Notes: generated by a model not told the origin, from the letters alone. 64,000 bases of DNA from a virus (IMGVR_UViG_3300032307_000764:1-64000), one strand, 5' to 3'. Shown: positions 24,836-33,748, numbered from the stretch's first letter. A program made the numbers and translations.

Positions 24836-26791
24836 ATGGCACTAAGTAAAAATTTCAGAATATTAATGGAGGATATGAGAAGGCAGATACCTTCCAACAA
24901 ATCCATTGATGAGGATAGAGACCAAAGAGTTGAGAGAAGAGAGGAAAGAAGAAGAGAAAGACAAGAAGGAAGATTTTCAGATCCTTCTGTTAATGCACAG
25001 GATAGACAGTATGGTGTAGAATCTTCAGCAACAGGTAAGTTTAAGATAAACTCATTCATAAAAGCATTAGAGGGATTAAAAAACCAGATCATTGCTAAAA
25101 TAATTGAATGTGATACTAGAATAAAAACTGACCAAACTGGAACTGGATCTATAGCACAAAAATACAAACAAAAATACCTATCGTTCCTCGATAGAACAGC
25201 TTCTCTACTAGGAGAAATATACTCTAGAAAAGAAAAAGAGGGAAGAAATTTAGAAGGAGATGAGGATGCAATCATTATAAAAGCTTTCAGAGATAATTAT
25301 AATGCTATACTTTCAGAGTTAGAGGAATCATCTAAAACATTCACTACTGATATTGACACTAAAGCAGCAGAATATCTTAAAGGTTTAAAATTCAAAGAAA
25401 TTACTGCACCTTTAGCAGAAGCTGATAAACTTTTTGCATCTGCTTCAATGAAGATGGACGAATTACTACAGCTAATCAGTCAGAGGGTTAATTCCACAGG
25501 AAATGAAGGATCTACTGGAACTGGATCTTCTATACCTTCGATAACAGATACTATTAAAGCAGGTTTAAAATATGCTAACGATTCTAAAGAAGGTAAAATA
25601 GTAATAGCTGTAAAAAAGGCGATTTACGAAAAATTTGGAAAGATTAAAGCATTATCAGGATCTAAAGATTGGGGAGTGGTTTATAAGTCATATCCTAACG
25701 TAAGCGGTACATTACTTGCAAATACACAGGCAGTCATTAAAGGCATTAAAGCAGGATTAGCTGACGACTATCCAGAATTAAAAGGAGATACTACAGGTAA
25801 CATCACACCTGCTTTCATTTCTGCTTTAGATAAAGCTAAAGTTAATGAATCTGCTTCTAATATACCAGGTAAGCTAATATCTTATGAGGATTTTTTAAAA
25901 TCTCCTAAATTAACCGAAGGGTTCAATGTAGATGCGGCTTCATCAGCTATGTCTGGTTCAGGATCTAGTTCAGTAAACAAAGGTACAACTACAGAAAAAC
26001 CTAAAGTTGTTACCCCAGAATACACTGCAACACCTTTTGCTACAGAAACTGAAGGAAATGCTTTTAGAGCTTGGGTAATTGAAAAACATGCGGACTGGGC
26101 TAAAACTAATGATCTTTCTGCAACAGGTCCTAAAAACAACAATTACATCAGAAAAGCTTACAAAGAATTTGGTGAAGCTTACAAAGCAACTAAAGAAGCT
26201 CCAAAATCTGTTAAAGAAGAGCCTGCTAAAATGGACGGTAAACAGATGAAGGTAATAATGGATAAAATAAAAGGCTACGGTAATAAATGCGAATTGAAAC
26301 TAACAGTAGCTACCGGTGAACCTGTAATAATGTTTTATTCAGGTAAAGAGTACGGATTTATATACAACACAGGAAAAGTTACATATAAAACATCAGCAGG
26401 AAAAACTTTCAGTGGTACTTACGATCCTAAAACTAATTATGTTACTTTCGGTAAAGGTAAGGCATGGGATTTAAAATATGTAACTAAGTTTACTATCAGT
26501 GATAAATTAGCTACTGAAAAAGCTGAAACAGCACAGAAGAAAGATGTATATGTTGCTAAATCCGGTGATGGATATGTTAACGTAAGAAGCACCACTTCTA
26601 CATCAAAGAATGCTAGTAATATAATAATGAAATTTACGGACAAATCCCAGAAAATAGGTTTTGTGGTTTCTAGCACTGAAGTAGATAGCCCTAAGCTAGG
26701 TAAGAAAACTTGGTATAAAGTACAGTTTCCTAAAGCAATCAAGAATCAAGAATTCGGATGGGTTAGATCAGATACTGTTGATTTGAAATAA
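24836..26791 (+). CDS. Virion-associated protein with a helical N-terminus and a C-terminal bacterial SH3 (SH3b) domain
   Basis: C-terminal GYVNVRS...WYKVQF...FGWVRSDTV is an SH3b pattern; internal KLISYEDF motif. Confidence 0.55.
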   Translation: MALSKNFRILMEDMRRQIPSNKSIDEDRDQRVERREERRRERQEGRFSDPSVNAQDRQYGVESSATGKFKINSFIKALEGLKNQIIAKIIECDTRIKTDQTGTGSIAQKYKQKYLSFLDRTASLLGEIYSRKEKEGRNLEGDEDAIIIKAFRDNYNAILSELEESSKTFTTDIDTKAAEYLKGLKFKEITAPLAEADKLFASASMKMDELLQLISQRVNSTGNEGSTGTGSSIPSITDTIKAGLKYANDSKEGKIVIAVKKAIYEKFGKIKALSGSKDWGVVYKSYPNVSGTLLANTQAVIKGIKAGLADDYPELKGDTTGNITPAFISALDKAKVNESASNIPGKLISYEDFLKSPKLTEGFNVDAASSAMSGSGSSSVNKGTTTEKPKVVTPEYTATPFATETEGNAFRAWVIEKHADWAKTNDLSATGPKNNNYIRKAYKEFGEAYKATKEAPKSVKEEPAKMDGKQMKVIMDKIKGYGNKCELKLTVATGEPVIMFYSGKEYGFIYNTGKVTYKTSAGKTFSGTYDPKTNYVTFGKGKAWDLKYVTKFTISDKLATEKAETAQKKDVYVAKSGDGYVNVRSTTSTSKNASNIIMKFTDKSQKIGFVVSSTEVDSPKLGKKTWYKVQFPKAIKNQEFGWVRSDTVDLK

Positions 26792-26793
26792 TC

Positions 26794-26822
26794 GAAATTT
26801 TAATTACATTTAGGGGTATAAT
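26794..26822 (+). promoter_or_regulatory. Class A motif GAAA-N19-TATAAT
   Basis: Upstream of the kinase-asnB pair. Confidence 0.6.
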
Positions 26823-26837
26823 CATAAACAAAAGATT

Positions 26838-27374
26838 ATGCCCCTTATTATTGTAGAAGGATCTAGGAAATCCGGTAAATCTTATCTTGTGTCTAGACAG
26901 GCACAACTTCCAGTTTTTAAATTTGATTTTAATTCTAATTTTTCTGTGTGGAACTTTGAAAAACAATCAGAGGATATACATTGGTTTGGTTTAGGTAAGG
27001 AGATAATGCTTCACGAGTTAAACCTATCCGGATTCTTAGAAGATATGGTTGTTGATAGAGGAATATTAACTAATTCAGTATGGGGTGTATTCCAAGGAAG
27101 AATCACAAAAGAACAAGCTGAGCAAGATCTTATAAATTTTCATAATCGGGGATTATTCAAAAATACTAGAATCATACTAGTTGATGGAGAATGGTCAGAA
27201 AATAGAACAAAAGATATATGGGACGAAGATGATTCTAGAATACAAGAAGAAAAAGCCTTGTTTCTATCGTTTTCTTTGCTTTTAAGGAGCTTAGGAGTAG
27301 AAGTTAGGTCTTTCACTAATAACTTTGATTTAGATTCAGTAGAGCGCTTTAAACAAGAAATTAAGAGTAATTAA
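26838..27374 (+). CDS. P-loop nucleoside monophosphate kinase-like protein (thymidylate/dNMP kinase fold)
   Basis: IIVEGSRKSGKS Walker A; VVDRG motif. Confidence 0.65.
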   Translation: MPLIIVEGSRKSGKSYLVSRQAQLPVFKFDFNSNFSVWNFEKQSEDIHWFGLGKEIMLHELNLSGFLEDMVVDRGILTNSVWGVFQGRITKEQAEQDLINFHNRGLFKNTRIILVDGEWSENRTKDIWDEDDSRIQEEKALFLSFSLLLRSLGVEVRSFTNNFDLDSVERFKQEIKSN

Positions 27375-27376
27375 AT

Positions 27377-28792
27377 ATGTGTGGAATATTAGTAGCAAAA
27401 AGGCCAAGTGAGGAAAGAGTTCTTTCTATAGCTCACAGAGGTATTGAACATAGTGTTGTTTATAAAGATGATCTCTGTTTGGTTCATCATAGACTTCCTA
27501 TCCAAACATTAGACGGGGATAATTGGTCCCAGCCTATTCAGATAGGAGAAGATAGATGGCTTTTATTCAACGGCGAAATATTTAACTACGGTGATTTTGA
27601 ATCTGATACAGCTTATCTACAAAATTTATTTTCGAGTTTTGATTTCGGAGGGGTCGGTATGCTACAAGCATTATATGAACCTCATGTAGTTTCTTGGGAT
27701 GGATTTTGGTCAATTGTATTAGTCGATACGAATAAAAGGGAAGTTTATGCCTTTACTGATCCTTTAGGAAAGAAATGTCTATATAAGAATGATAGAGGAG
27801 AGGTATGCTCAGAGATCAAAGGTTTATATGAGAAGGATGAATTTATGAATCTTGATAAATCATTCTTCAGTGGTATAGTTAAGTTTGGTTATTTACCAAC
27901 TAATCAAACCCCTTATGATAATATCAAAAAATTAGATCCAAACAGATTTTATAGATGGAGCTTAGATCATCCTATTAAAATGGAAGTTTCTGATCCTTAT
28001 TACAATTTTAATTCCTTTGATGCAGGACTAAGAACATACGACGACAGGTGTGATTGGTTATGGAATAAAATGGAAAGCTCAGTTCAGGCTAGATTGCTTT
28101 CTAAAAACTATCCCACTTCATTGCTTTTATCTGGCGGACTTGACTCTTCGATTATTGCTGGATTATTACTTAAACTTGGTGCAGATGTAGATTTTTATTC
28201 GATATCAAATGGCGAGGATGAACAATACGTAAAAGACTGCGAGTATTACTGGAACGTCGAATCTAAAAGATTGAAATACGATATAGATTTAGAAAGTGAA
28301 GAAGGAAAAAAAGGATTAATTGATATCTATAAAACATGGAACGAATCTCCCGTTGATATGGGTAGTGTAGTTCCACAGTATCATTTATTTGATGCAATCA
28401 AAAAAGGATCAAATACACGTATAGTTATATCGGGGGATGGAGCGGACGAATTATTTGGAGGATATAGAAGAATCAATGAGTATGATTCACAGCAATCTGA
28501 TATATTCCATGAATTAACTTCTTATCATTTACCTAGATTGGATAAACTTTCTATGGCTCATACGCTAGAGTTAAGAAGTCCTTTCTTAAACCATGACATT
28601 GTTAGATTTGCTTTAAGTCTTCCTTTTGAAGAAAGAAAGAACAAAAAAATTCTTAAAGACACATTTAAGGGGTTAGTGCCGGATTCTGTTATTGAAAGAA
28701 GTAAACTTGCTTTAAAAAATACTAAGATTGTTGATGATCAAATTGCTTATAGAAAAGAGATTGTAAGATTATTCCTCCTTTCCATTAGCTAA
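27377..28792 (+). CDS. asnB: Asparagine synthetase B-like glutamine amidotransferase
   Basis: MCGI (Ntn Cys), HRG, FNGEIFNY, LSGGLDSS (PP-loop), SGDGADELFGGY, ELRSPFL. Confidence 0.88.
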   Translation: MCGILVAKRPSEERVLSIAHRGIEHSVVYKDDLCLVHHRLPIQTLDGDNWSQPIQIGEDRWLLFNGEIFNYGDFESDTAYLQNLFSSFDFGGVGMLQALYEPHVVSWDGFWSIVLVDTNKREVYAFTDPLGKKCLYKNDRGEVCSEIKGLYEKDEFMNLDKSFFSGIVKFGYLPTNQTPYDNIKKLDPNRFYRWSLDHPIKMEVSDPYYNFNSFDAGLRTYDDRCDWLWNKMESSVQARLLSKNYPTSLLLSGGLDSSIIAGLLLKLGADVDFYSISNGEDEQYVKDCEYYWNVESKRLKYDIDLESEEGKKGLIDIYKTWNESPVDMGSVVPQYHLFDAIKKGSNTRIVISGDGADELFGGYRRINEYDSQQSDIFHELTSYHLPRLDKLSMAHTLELRSPFLNHDIVRFALSLPFEERKNKKILKDTFKGLVPDSVIERSKLALKNTKIVDDQIAYRKEIVRLFLLSIS

Positions 28793-30250
28793 AACGAATT
28801 CAACACCTGCGATAGGATCTCCTTTTGCTTCCTTAGGTGAATATCCCTCAGGTCTATCAGTAATAACGAAATCTTCAGAAGGATCTACAATTAATCCTGC
28901 AGAGCTTAAGAAATCTCTATTTAAAAGAAGTGGCGTGCTTTTTTCTGTTCTATCTACTAGGGAGAATTTAACTTTTCTGTAAACAATGCCATTAAAGTCG
29001 ACATCTAAGTTAACTACCGCTCTGTGGTGTATCTTCTCTCCTACTTCTGCTTTAGATTGTCCAACGATTTTGTTTACGAATTCTTTATCTCCTAATTTCC
29101 AATGAACACTTCCGTCGATTTCTTCGATAGAATCAGCATGAAGTGAACATGAAGATGCACCATTACCAGTATCTAATTTGCCCACGAAAGTACCTACTCC
29201 TGGAATAGTTACCATTTCCCTAAATCCTGTAGTTTTCTTAGGCTTAACCCAGTTTTTCTTATCCAATAAGAAATCTAATACTATATCAGTAACCGGTATA
29301 TCCGTTGTTTTCTCGATTCCTGTAGTTCCTGGAGAAGCATTAACTTCAAGAACATAAGGCTTAGCATCTTTTTTATCTACAATAATATCAACTCCGCACC
29401 ATAGGCATCCTGTTGCTTTTGCAGATTCAATTGCTATCTTTTCTATTTCCTTAGGAAGTTCTACTGTTTCAGTGTCACCACCAAGAGAGAAGTTAGTTCT
29501 AAAATCGCCCTCTATCTTAATTCTTTTCATCGCTGCGATGACTTTGTACTCTCTTCCGGACATACCATCAGATTCAGCAATAACGTGTATTCTAAGGTCA
29601 TATTCAGCGTCAACCTTTTCCTGTAAAACTATCTCTGTCTCTGGAGAAAGGTGCCACATAGCTTGTAATGTAGATACTAAGGATGGTCTAGAGTCTATCA
29701 TAAATACTCCAATACCTTTTGTTCCTGAAAGGAACTTACAAACTACTGGATATTCTCCTCCAACTTCTTCAACAGCTTTATCTATATCAGCTTCCGAGGA
29801 AATCAAAGATGTTTTAGGTACTGGTATATTAGCTAGCTGTAATTTTCTTGTTGTTTGTAACTTATCTTCACAAATAATTACTGAGTCGTATGAGTTAACA
29901 CAAGGAAACCCTAAATCCTCCATTTTCTTAAAGAATCCCTTAGCAGCATTATTCTTAATTGAAGATCTTCTAGTTAAAACTATTGTTCTATCTAAGTATA
30001 TTTCTTGTTGTTTACTACCTCTACTAGAGATTAAAAAAGTTCCTTTATTTGTTTTTTGAATAGATCCCTTCTCAGTGTCTATTATTATACATTTAACACC
30101 TCTTTCTTCACAGATTTTCATAATCTTATCTGTGGTTGGCGCATTTTTTAAATTCTTTCCGAGTTTAGTAGTCAACACAACTACTGTCAAGGGTCTATCT
30201 TTACCTTTAACGCCCTTGAATACAAACTTCTCTAATAAGGGAATATCCAT
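28769..30250 (-). CDS. rimK: RimK-like ATP-grasp ligase fused to a retropepsin-like (RimB / putative ATP-dependent Zn protease family) aspartyl protease
   Basis: DKLQT...IPVPKT...YPVVCKFLSGTKGIGV...LQE...DLRIHV...FRTNFSLGG...GVDII...VLEVNASPG; C-terminal KLDTGNG...LVDR...LLLNRDFL. Confidence 0.85.
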   Translation of the reverse strand: MDIPLLEKFVFKGVKGKDRPLTVVVLTTKLGKNLKNAPTTDKIMKICEERGVKCIIIDTEKGSIQKTNKGTFLISSRGSKQQEIYLDRTIVLTRRSSIKNNAAKGFFKKMEDLGFPCVNSYDSVIICEDKLQTTRKLQLANIPVPKTSLISSEADIDKAVEEVGGEYPVVCKFLSGTKGIGVFMIDSRPSLVSTLQAMWHLSPETEIVLQEKVDAEYDLRIHVIAESDGMSGREYKVIAAMKRIKIEGDFRTNFSLGGDTETVELPKEIEKIAIESAKATGCLWCGVDIIVDKKDAKPYVLEVNASPGTTGIEKTTDIPVTDIVLDFLLDKKNWVKPKKTTGFREMVTIPGVGTFVGKLDTGNGASSCSLHADSIEEIDGSVHWKLGDKEFVNKIVGQSKAEVGEKIHHRAVVNLDVDFNGIVYRKVKFSLVDRTEKSTPLLLNRDFLSSAGLIVDPSEDFVITDRPEGYSPKEAKGDPIAGVEFVLANGKEE

Positions 30251-30255
30251 ACTTG

Positions 30256-30263
30256 TATATATC
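30256..30263 (-). promoter_or_regulatory. Class B motif GATATATA
   Basis: Just downstream of the terminator and 5 nt before the rimK-fusion ATG. Confidence 0.6.
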
Positions 30264-30269
30264 TTTGAA

Positions 30270-30300
30270 CAAAGAAAAAGCCTAGATTTGATCTAGGCTA
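30270..30300 (-). terminator. Intrinsic terminator for the minus-strand acidic-protein gene
   Basis: Perfect 9-bp stem AGCCTAGAT/ATCTAGGCT with a 3-nt loop (30279-30299), followed on the minus strand by TTTTCTTT. Confidence 0.8.
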
Positions 30301-30326
30301 GTCTAATATGTTAAGATTCTTTTATA

Positions 30327-30998
30327 TTATCCGAAGAAATTATCAAATCTAATTACTCTTTCTGAGGTTTCTTCAGCTTCGTCTTCTAAATCTGATTCGT
30401 CCTCCTCTTCTGTGTCATCTTCTGATTCTTCCTCATCATCCTCTTCGTCATCCTCTTCATCATCTTCTTCAGTCTCCTCGTAATTTACCTCTTCCTCATC
30501 TTCTTCATCTTCATCTTCTTCTTCATCAGATTCCTCTTCATCTTCTTCAGTTTCCTCTACATCTTCGTCTGAATCATCTTCACTCTCGTCTTCGTATGAC
30601 TCGTCTTCGTCTTCTTCAGTTTCGTCTTCAGTATCTTCCTCCTCGGTATCTTCTTCTTCAGATTCTTCGTCAGATTCTTCTTCTGTATCCTCTTCCTCAG
30701 TATCTTCGTCAGATTCCTCCTCATCGTCAGATTCGTCCTCTTCTTCAGATTCTTCTTCGGTATCTTCGTCAGATTCTTCCTCTTCGTCAGATTCTTCTTC
30801 CGTATCCTCTTCAGTTTCTTCTACATCAGATTCCTCGGTTTCTTCTTCGTCAGATTCTTCCTCCTCGTCAGATTCTTCCTCATCAGTTTCCTCTTCCTCT
30901 TCTTCCTCTACCTCTTGGTCGTTCCAAAAGTCGTTTTCTGGTAATTTTTCGTTTTTTCTAGAGCTAAACTCCGCGAAAGATAATATCGATTTGTTCAT
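30327..30998 (-). CDS. Extremely Asp/Glu-rich protein (functionally reminiscent of T4 gp67 acidic prohead core protein)
   Basis: Central about 180 aa are almost only E/D/S/T; N-terminus SILSFAEF, C-terminus VIRFDNFF. Confidence 0.7.
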   Translation of the reverse strand: MNKSILSFAEFSSRKNEKLPENDFWNDQEVEEEEEEETDEEESDEEEESDEEETEESDVEETEEDTEEESDEEEESDEDTEEESEEEDESDDEEESDEDTEEEDTEEESDEESEEEDTEEEDTEDETEEDEDESYEDESEDDSDEDVEETEEDEEESDEEEDEDEEDEEEVNYEETEEDDEEDDEEDDEEESEDDTEEEDESDLEDEAEETSERVIRFDNFFG

Positions 30999-31011
30999 TT
31001 TTTATATTTTT

Positions 31012-31263
31012 TTATTCTGTTATACCTATTGAAGCGGCACTTCCGCTTTCAGTTGCTCCATATCCAGGATAGTCTATCTTAGAGAATCCGTTATAAACTG
31101 CATCTTTATATCCAACATAGTCATAAGCTGGCTCTGGAGTAATTTTATGAAGTCCCGTTCTATCTTCCTTACTAAGATTTTCTGGGTTCCAAGGATCATT
31201 AACTACTTTCATAAAATCCTTGTAGTTTAATATCTCTCTTTTCTTTACGTTTTTCTGATTCAT
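31012..31263 (-). CDS. Hypothetical protein (83 aa)
   Basis: EILNYKDF motif near the N-terminus; co-oriented between 31992 and 30998. Confidence 0.6.
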   Translation of the reverse strand: MNQKNVKKREILNYKDFMKVVNDPWNPENLSKEDRTGLHKITPEPAYDYVGYKDAVYNGFSKIDYPGYGATESGSAASIGITE

Positions 31264-31275
31264 AGTTATTCTTCT

Positions 31276-31992
31276 TTAGAATGATGGCAGAATGCTGGAT
31301 AATCCAGATTTCATTGCTTTTGCAAATATATTAGGATCTTTATTTTCGGCATTTTGTATATCAGCTGCTAATTTTTGTTTATCAGCTGTAGTAACATTAG
31401 ATCCTGAAAGAACATCACCTAAATTAAATCCACATATTTTATCACCGATCATATTCTCGACGTTATCCATAAATTTAGTGTTATTAATTGCATTGGTTAG
31501 TGCCTCACGTAATCCAGCTGCGATTGTTCCCCCCATACCTGACTGCATATCCATTTTAAGACCTAATTTAGGTAATAAATATTCTATGCCTCTTTCTTGT
31601 AATGTCTCGGAAAGACCCTCTACTATTGCTCTTGCCCAATTTTTACAAGAGCCTTTACCAAAATAACTACCAAGCTCTGTAAAATGTACTTGTTCAATAA
31701 CGTTTCTTACAACCTGATAAAAGAATGTAGGTTGTCCTGTTTCGTCAAAAGGCTCAATGCCTAATTTCTGAGCTGCCCAGTCAACTACATAATCCTTAAA
31801 GGTATCTGTAAAACCTCCACCTAAAGATCCAAAGAAAGATGAGAATATATTTTCATTAATTTCACTTTCACTTAATCCCTCAGATTTCATTCTAAGATAT
31901 TCATTTTCCAAAAGAGCCATCTCATTGGATTTACCAACTGTTGAAGTCTTATTAGATTCTGAAATGAATTGGGAATATTTACGTATTACCAT
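31276..31992 (-). CDS. Hypothetical protein, candidate internal head/ejection protein
   Basis: MVIRKYSQFISE; INE-NIFSSFFGSLGGGF; GATATATAGAATAAAAG upstream. Confidence 0.6.
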   Translation of the reverse strand: MVIRKYSQFISESNKTSTVGKSNEMALLENEYLRMKSEGLSESEINENIFSSFFGSLGGGFTDTFKDYVVDWAAQKLGIEPFDETGQPTFFYQVVRNVIEQVHFTELGSYFGKGSCKNWARAIVEGLSETLQERGIEYLLPKLGLKMDMQSGMGGTIAAGLREALTNAINNTKFMDNVENMIGDKICGFNLGDVLSGSNVTTADKQKLAADIQNAENKDPNIFAKAMKSGLSSILPSF

Positions 31993-32002
31993 TTTCTGTC
32001 TA

Positions 32003-32019
32003 CTTTTATTCTATATATC
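32003..32019 (-). promoter_or_regulatory. Class B extended motif GATATATAGAATAAAAG
   Basis: Before the minus-strand ATG at 31992. Confidence 0.65.
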
Positions 32020-32053
32020 ATTTTATCTCAACGAATCTGATATATATTAAGAA

Positions 32054-32467
32054 ATGAAAAGAATATTAAAAATAGACAATTTCACTAAGGATTTTCCTTC
32101 AGTATACGGATTAGATGCTGACGGGACTTGTTACGAGGTAAAAGAACCGTTTTATTTGGAGGTTATAACGGGTTACGAATCCAAAGGAACTATGTCTGGT
32201 ATTCCATATTTTGAGCCAACGTGGACCAAAATTAAATGTGAAAAGGGAGATTTAATAACAGCTTCTAAAAGTGGATGTTATTTACAGGTTAAAGGATCTG
32301 AGGGATTCATGGAATGTAGACCAGTATCCGAATCCCCAGAAGGTACTCCTAAATTAGATAATATTCCTTCCAATTTCATAAACAAAATTGGAAAGGACGT
32401 AATGAATATACATCCTCTAAGTTTCGAAGAAAGAAATAAAATAACATCATCTAGATTATTACTATGA
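32054..32467 (+). CDS. Hypothetical protein
   Basis: ORF track; N-terminus MKRILKIDNF. Confidence 0.6.
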   Translation: MKRILKIDNFTKDFPSVYGLDADGTCYEVKEPFYLEVITGYESKGTMSGIPYFEPTWTKIKCEKGDLITASKSGCYLQVKGSEGFMECRPVSESPEGTPKLDNIPSNFINKIGKDVMNIHPLSFEERNKITSSRLLL

Positions 32468-33024
32468 GAAGGATATACACATTTAACGAATTTGACATCA
32501 ACGAAAGTTCTGCTGCAGGAAATAACGGACAGTTTTATACAATACCTTTTAAGTATACATCAAACGATCCTAAAAAAGGATACAACAGTAAAACCTTTGT
32601 CGATGATCTAAAATCAATATTTTTAGAGAAGCCAAATCTAGAAAAAGAAATAACCGAATTTCTAGTTGCAAATGCAGAGATCTCTAGAATAGACGATCTT
32701 AATATTAAACCTTTTTCTCTAGTATCTAAATTGATTCCTGAAATAGAAAGAATAATAGATGCTGGTGAATATGAACCAGAAATGATAATGCCTGGTGGAG
32801 GTCTTCTATTTATTAGAAATAAAATATTCAAAGACGGAACAGGTGCAGATTTCTACATAAACAAAAAAGGAACTAAGGTAGAAGTTGTATTCGATGATGA
32901 TATGGGAAAAGATAAATCAGCTTTATTTATGGTCGACAATTTTCCTTATGATAGATTCGAATTTACAGAGGAGGAAAAAGAAGAGTTGGAAGCCCTTGTT
33001 AAAGCTAGAGGAACTAATTCTTAA
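32464..33024 (+). CDS. Hypothetical protein, candidate internal head protein
   Basis: MRRIYTFNEFDINE. Confidence 0.6.
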   Translation: MRRIYTFNEFDINESSAAGNNGQFYTIPFKYTSNDPKKGYNSKTFVDDLKSIFLEKPNLEKEITEFLVANAEISRIDDLNIKPFSLVSKLIPEIERIIDAGEYEPEMIMPGGGLLFIRNKIFKDGTGADFYINKKGTKVEVVFDDDMGKDKSALFMVDNFPYDRFEFTEEEKEELEALVKARGTNS

Positions 33025-33730
33025 ATTTATTCATTATCAGATCTATAGATTTTTCTTTACTTATATCCGTTCCAGTCTCTATATCGATATCATCTGATAC
33101 ATCTGCAACTAGGACACAGTCATACTGATCTGAGAAATCCCTGATATTTGCTTTAAGAAATTTTCTAATCTTGCCTATCTCATTAGTGTTTTCACAAAGT
33201 GGATCTAATAATTCAGTCATTAAAAGAGCTACATTTTCTTTCTTTCCTACCTTTACTATAGAAAAGAACCAGGTAAAGACTTTCATAAATTCCTCGTCTC
33301 TCTTTCTTATTACAAGAAATCCTTGATCCCATAGATTATATTTTGCACAATAGCTTTCTACGCTTACTAAGGAGTTATACTTTTCATAAAAGAAACTGTT
33401 CTCGTCTAAGAAATTCTCTATAGTCCTGATCGAATTTTTAACTATACTCTCAACTTCTTCTATATTATCAAGATTATTGTCAAGTATGGTGTAGACTAAA
33501 TCTCTCTCCTCCTCAGTCATTTTAGAAAGTGTCTTAGAGGTAAACTCCGTGTTCTTATCAAAGCTTTCAAGATCCCTTTTAATAGTTAGAAGTTCTTTAA
33601 ATTTTTTCACGAACTGTTTAGTCTGAAAACTTTTCTTAAGATTAACTAAGAATGCCATAAGCATATAATACTTATGTTCAGTGTCTATTGGAGATTCTAA
33701 AAACCAATAAGGCTTTAAGTTTTTCATCAA
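33014..33730 (-). CDS. Hypothetical protein (238 aa)
   Basis: Long ORF with its own upstream GAAT-N19-TATAAT motif. Confidence 0.65.
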   Translation of the reverse strand: MMKNLKPYWFLESPIDTEHKYYMLMAFLVNLKKSFQTKQFVKKFKELLTIKRDLESFDKNTEFTSKTLSKMTEEERDLVYTILDNNLDNIEEVESIVKNSIRTIENFLDENSFFYEKYNSLVSVESYCAKYNLWDQGFLVIRKRDEEFMKVFTWFFSIVKVGKKENVALLMTELLDPLCENTNEIGKIRKFLKANIRDFSDQYDCVLVADVSDDIDIETGTDISKEKSIDLIMNKFKN

Positions 33731-33748
33731 TTTGCGTTTTTATCTCTA

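Noticed and set aside
29472-30961. Plus-strand ORFs 29472..30059 and 30596..30961, and similar antisense ORFs elsewhere (for example 16507, 17374, 24781, 59085)
   Set aside because: They are antisense shadows of well-supported genes on the other strand
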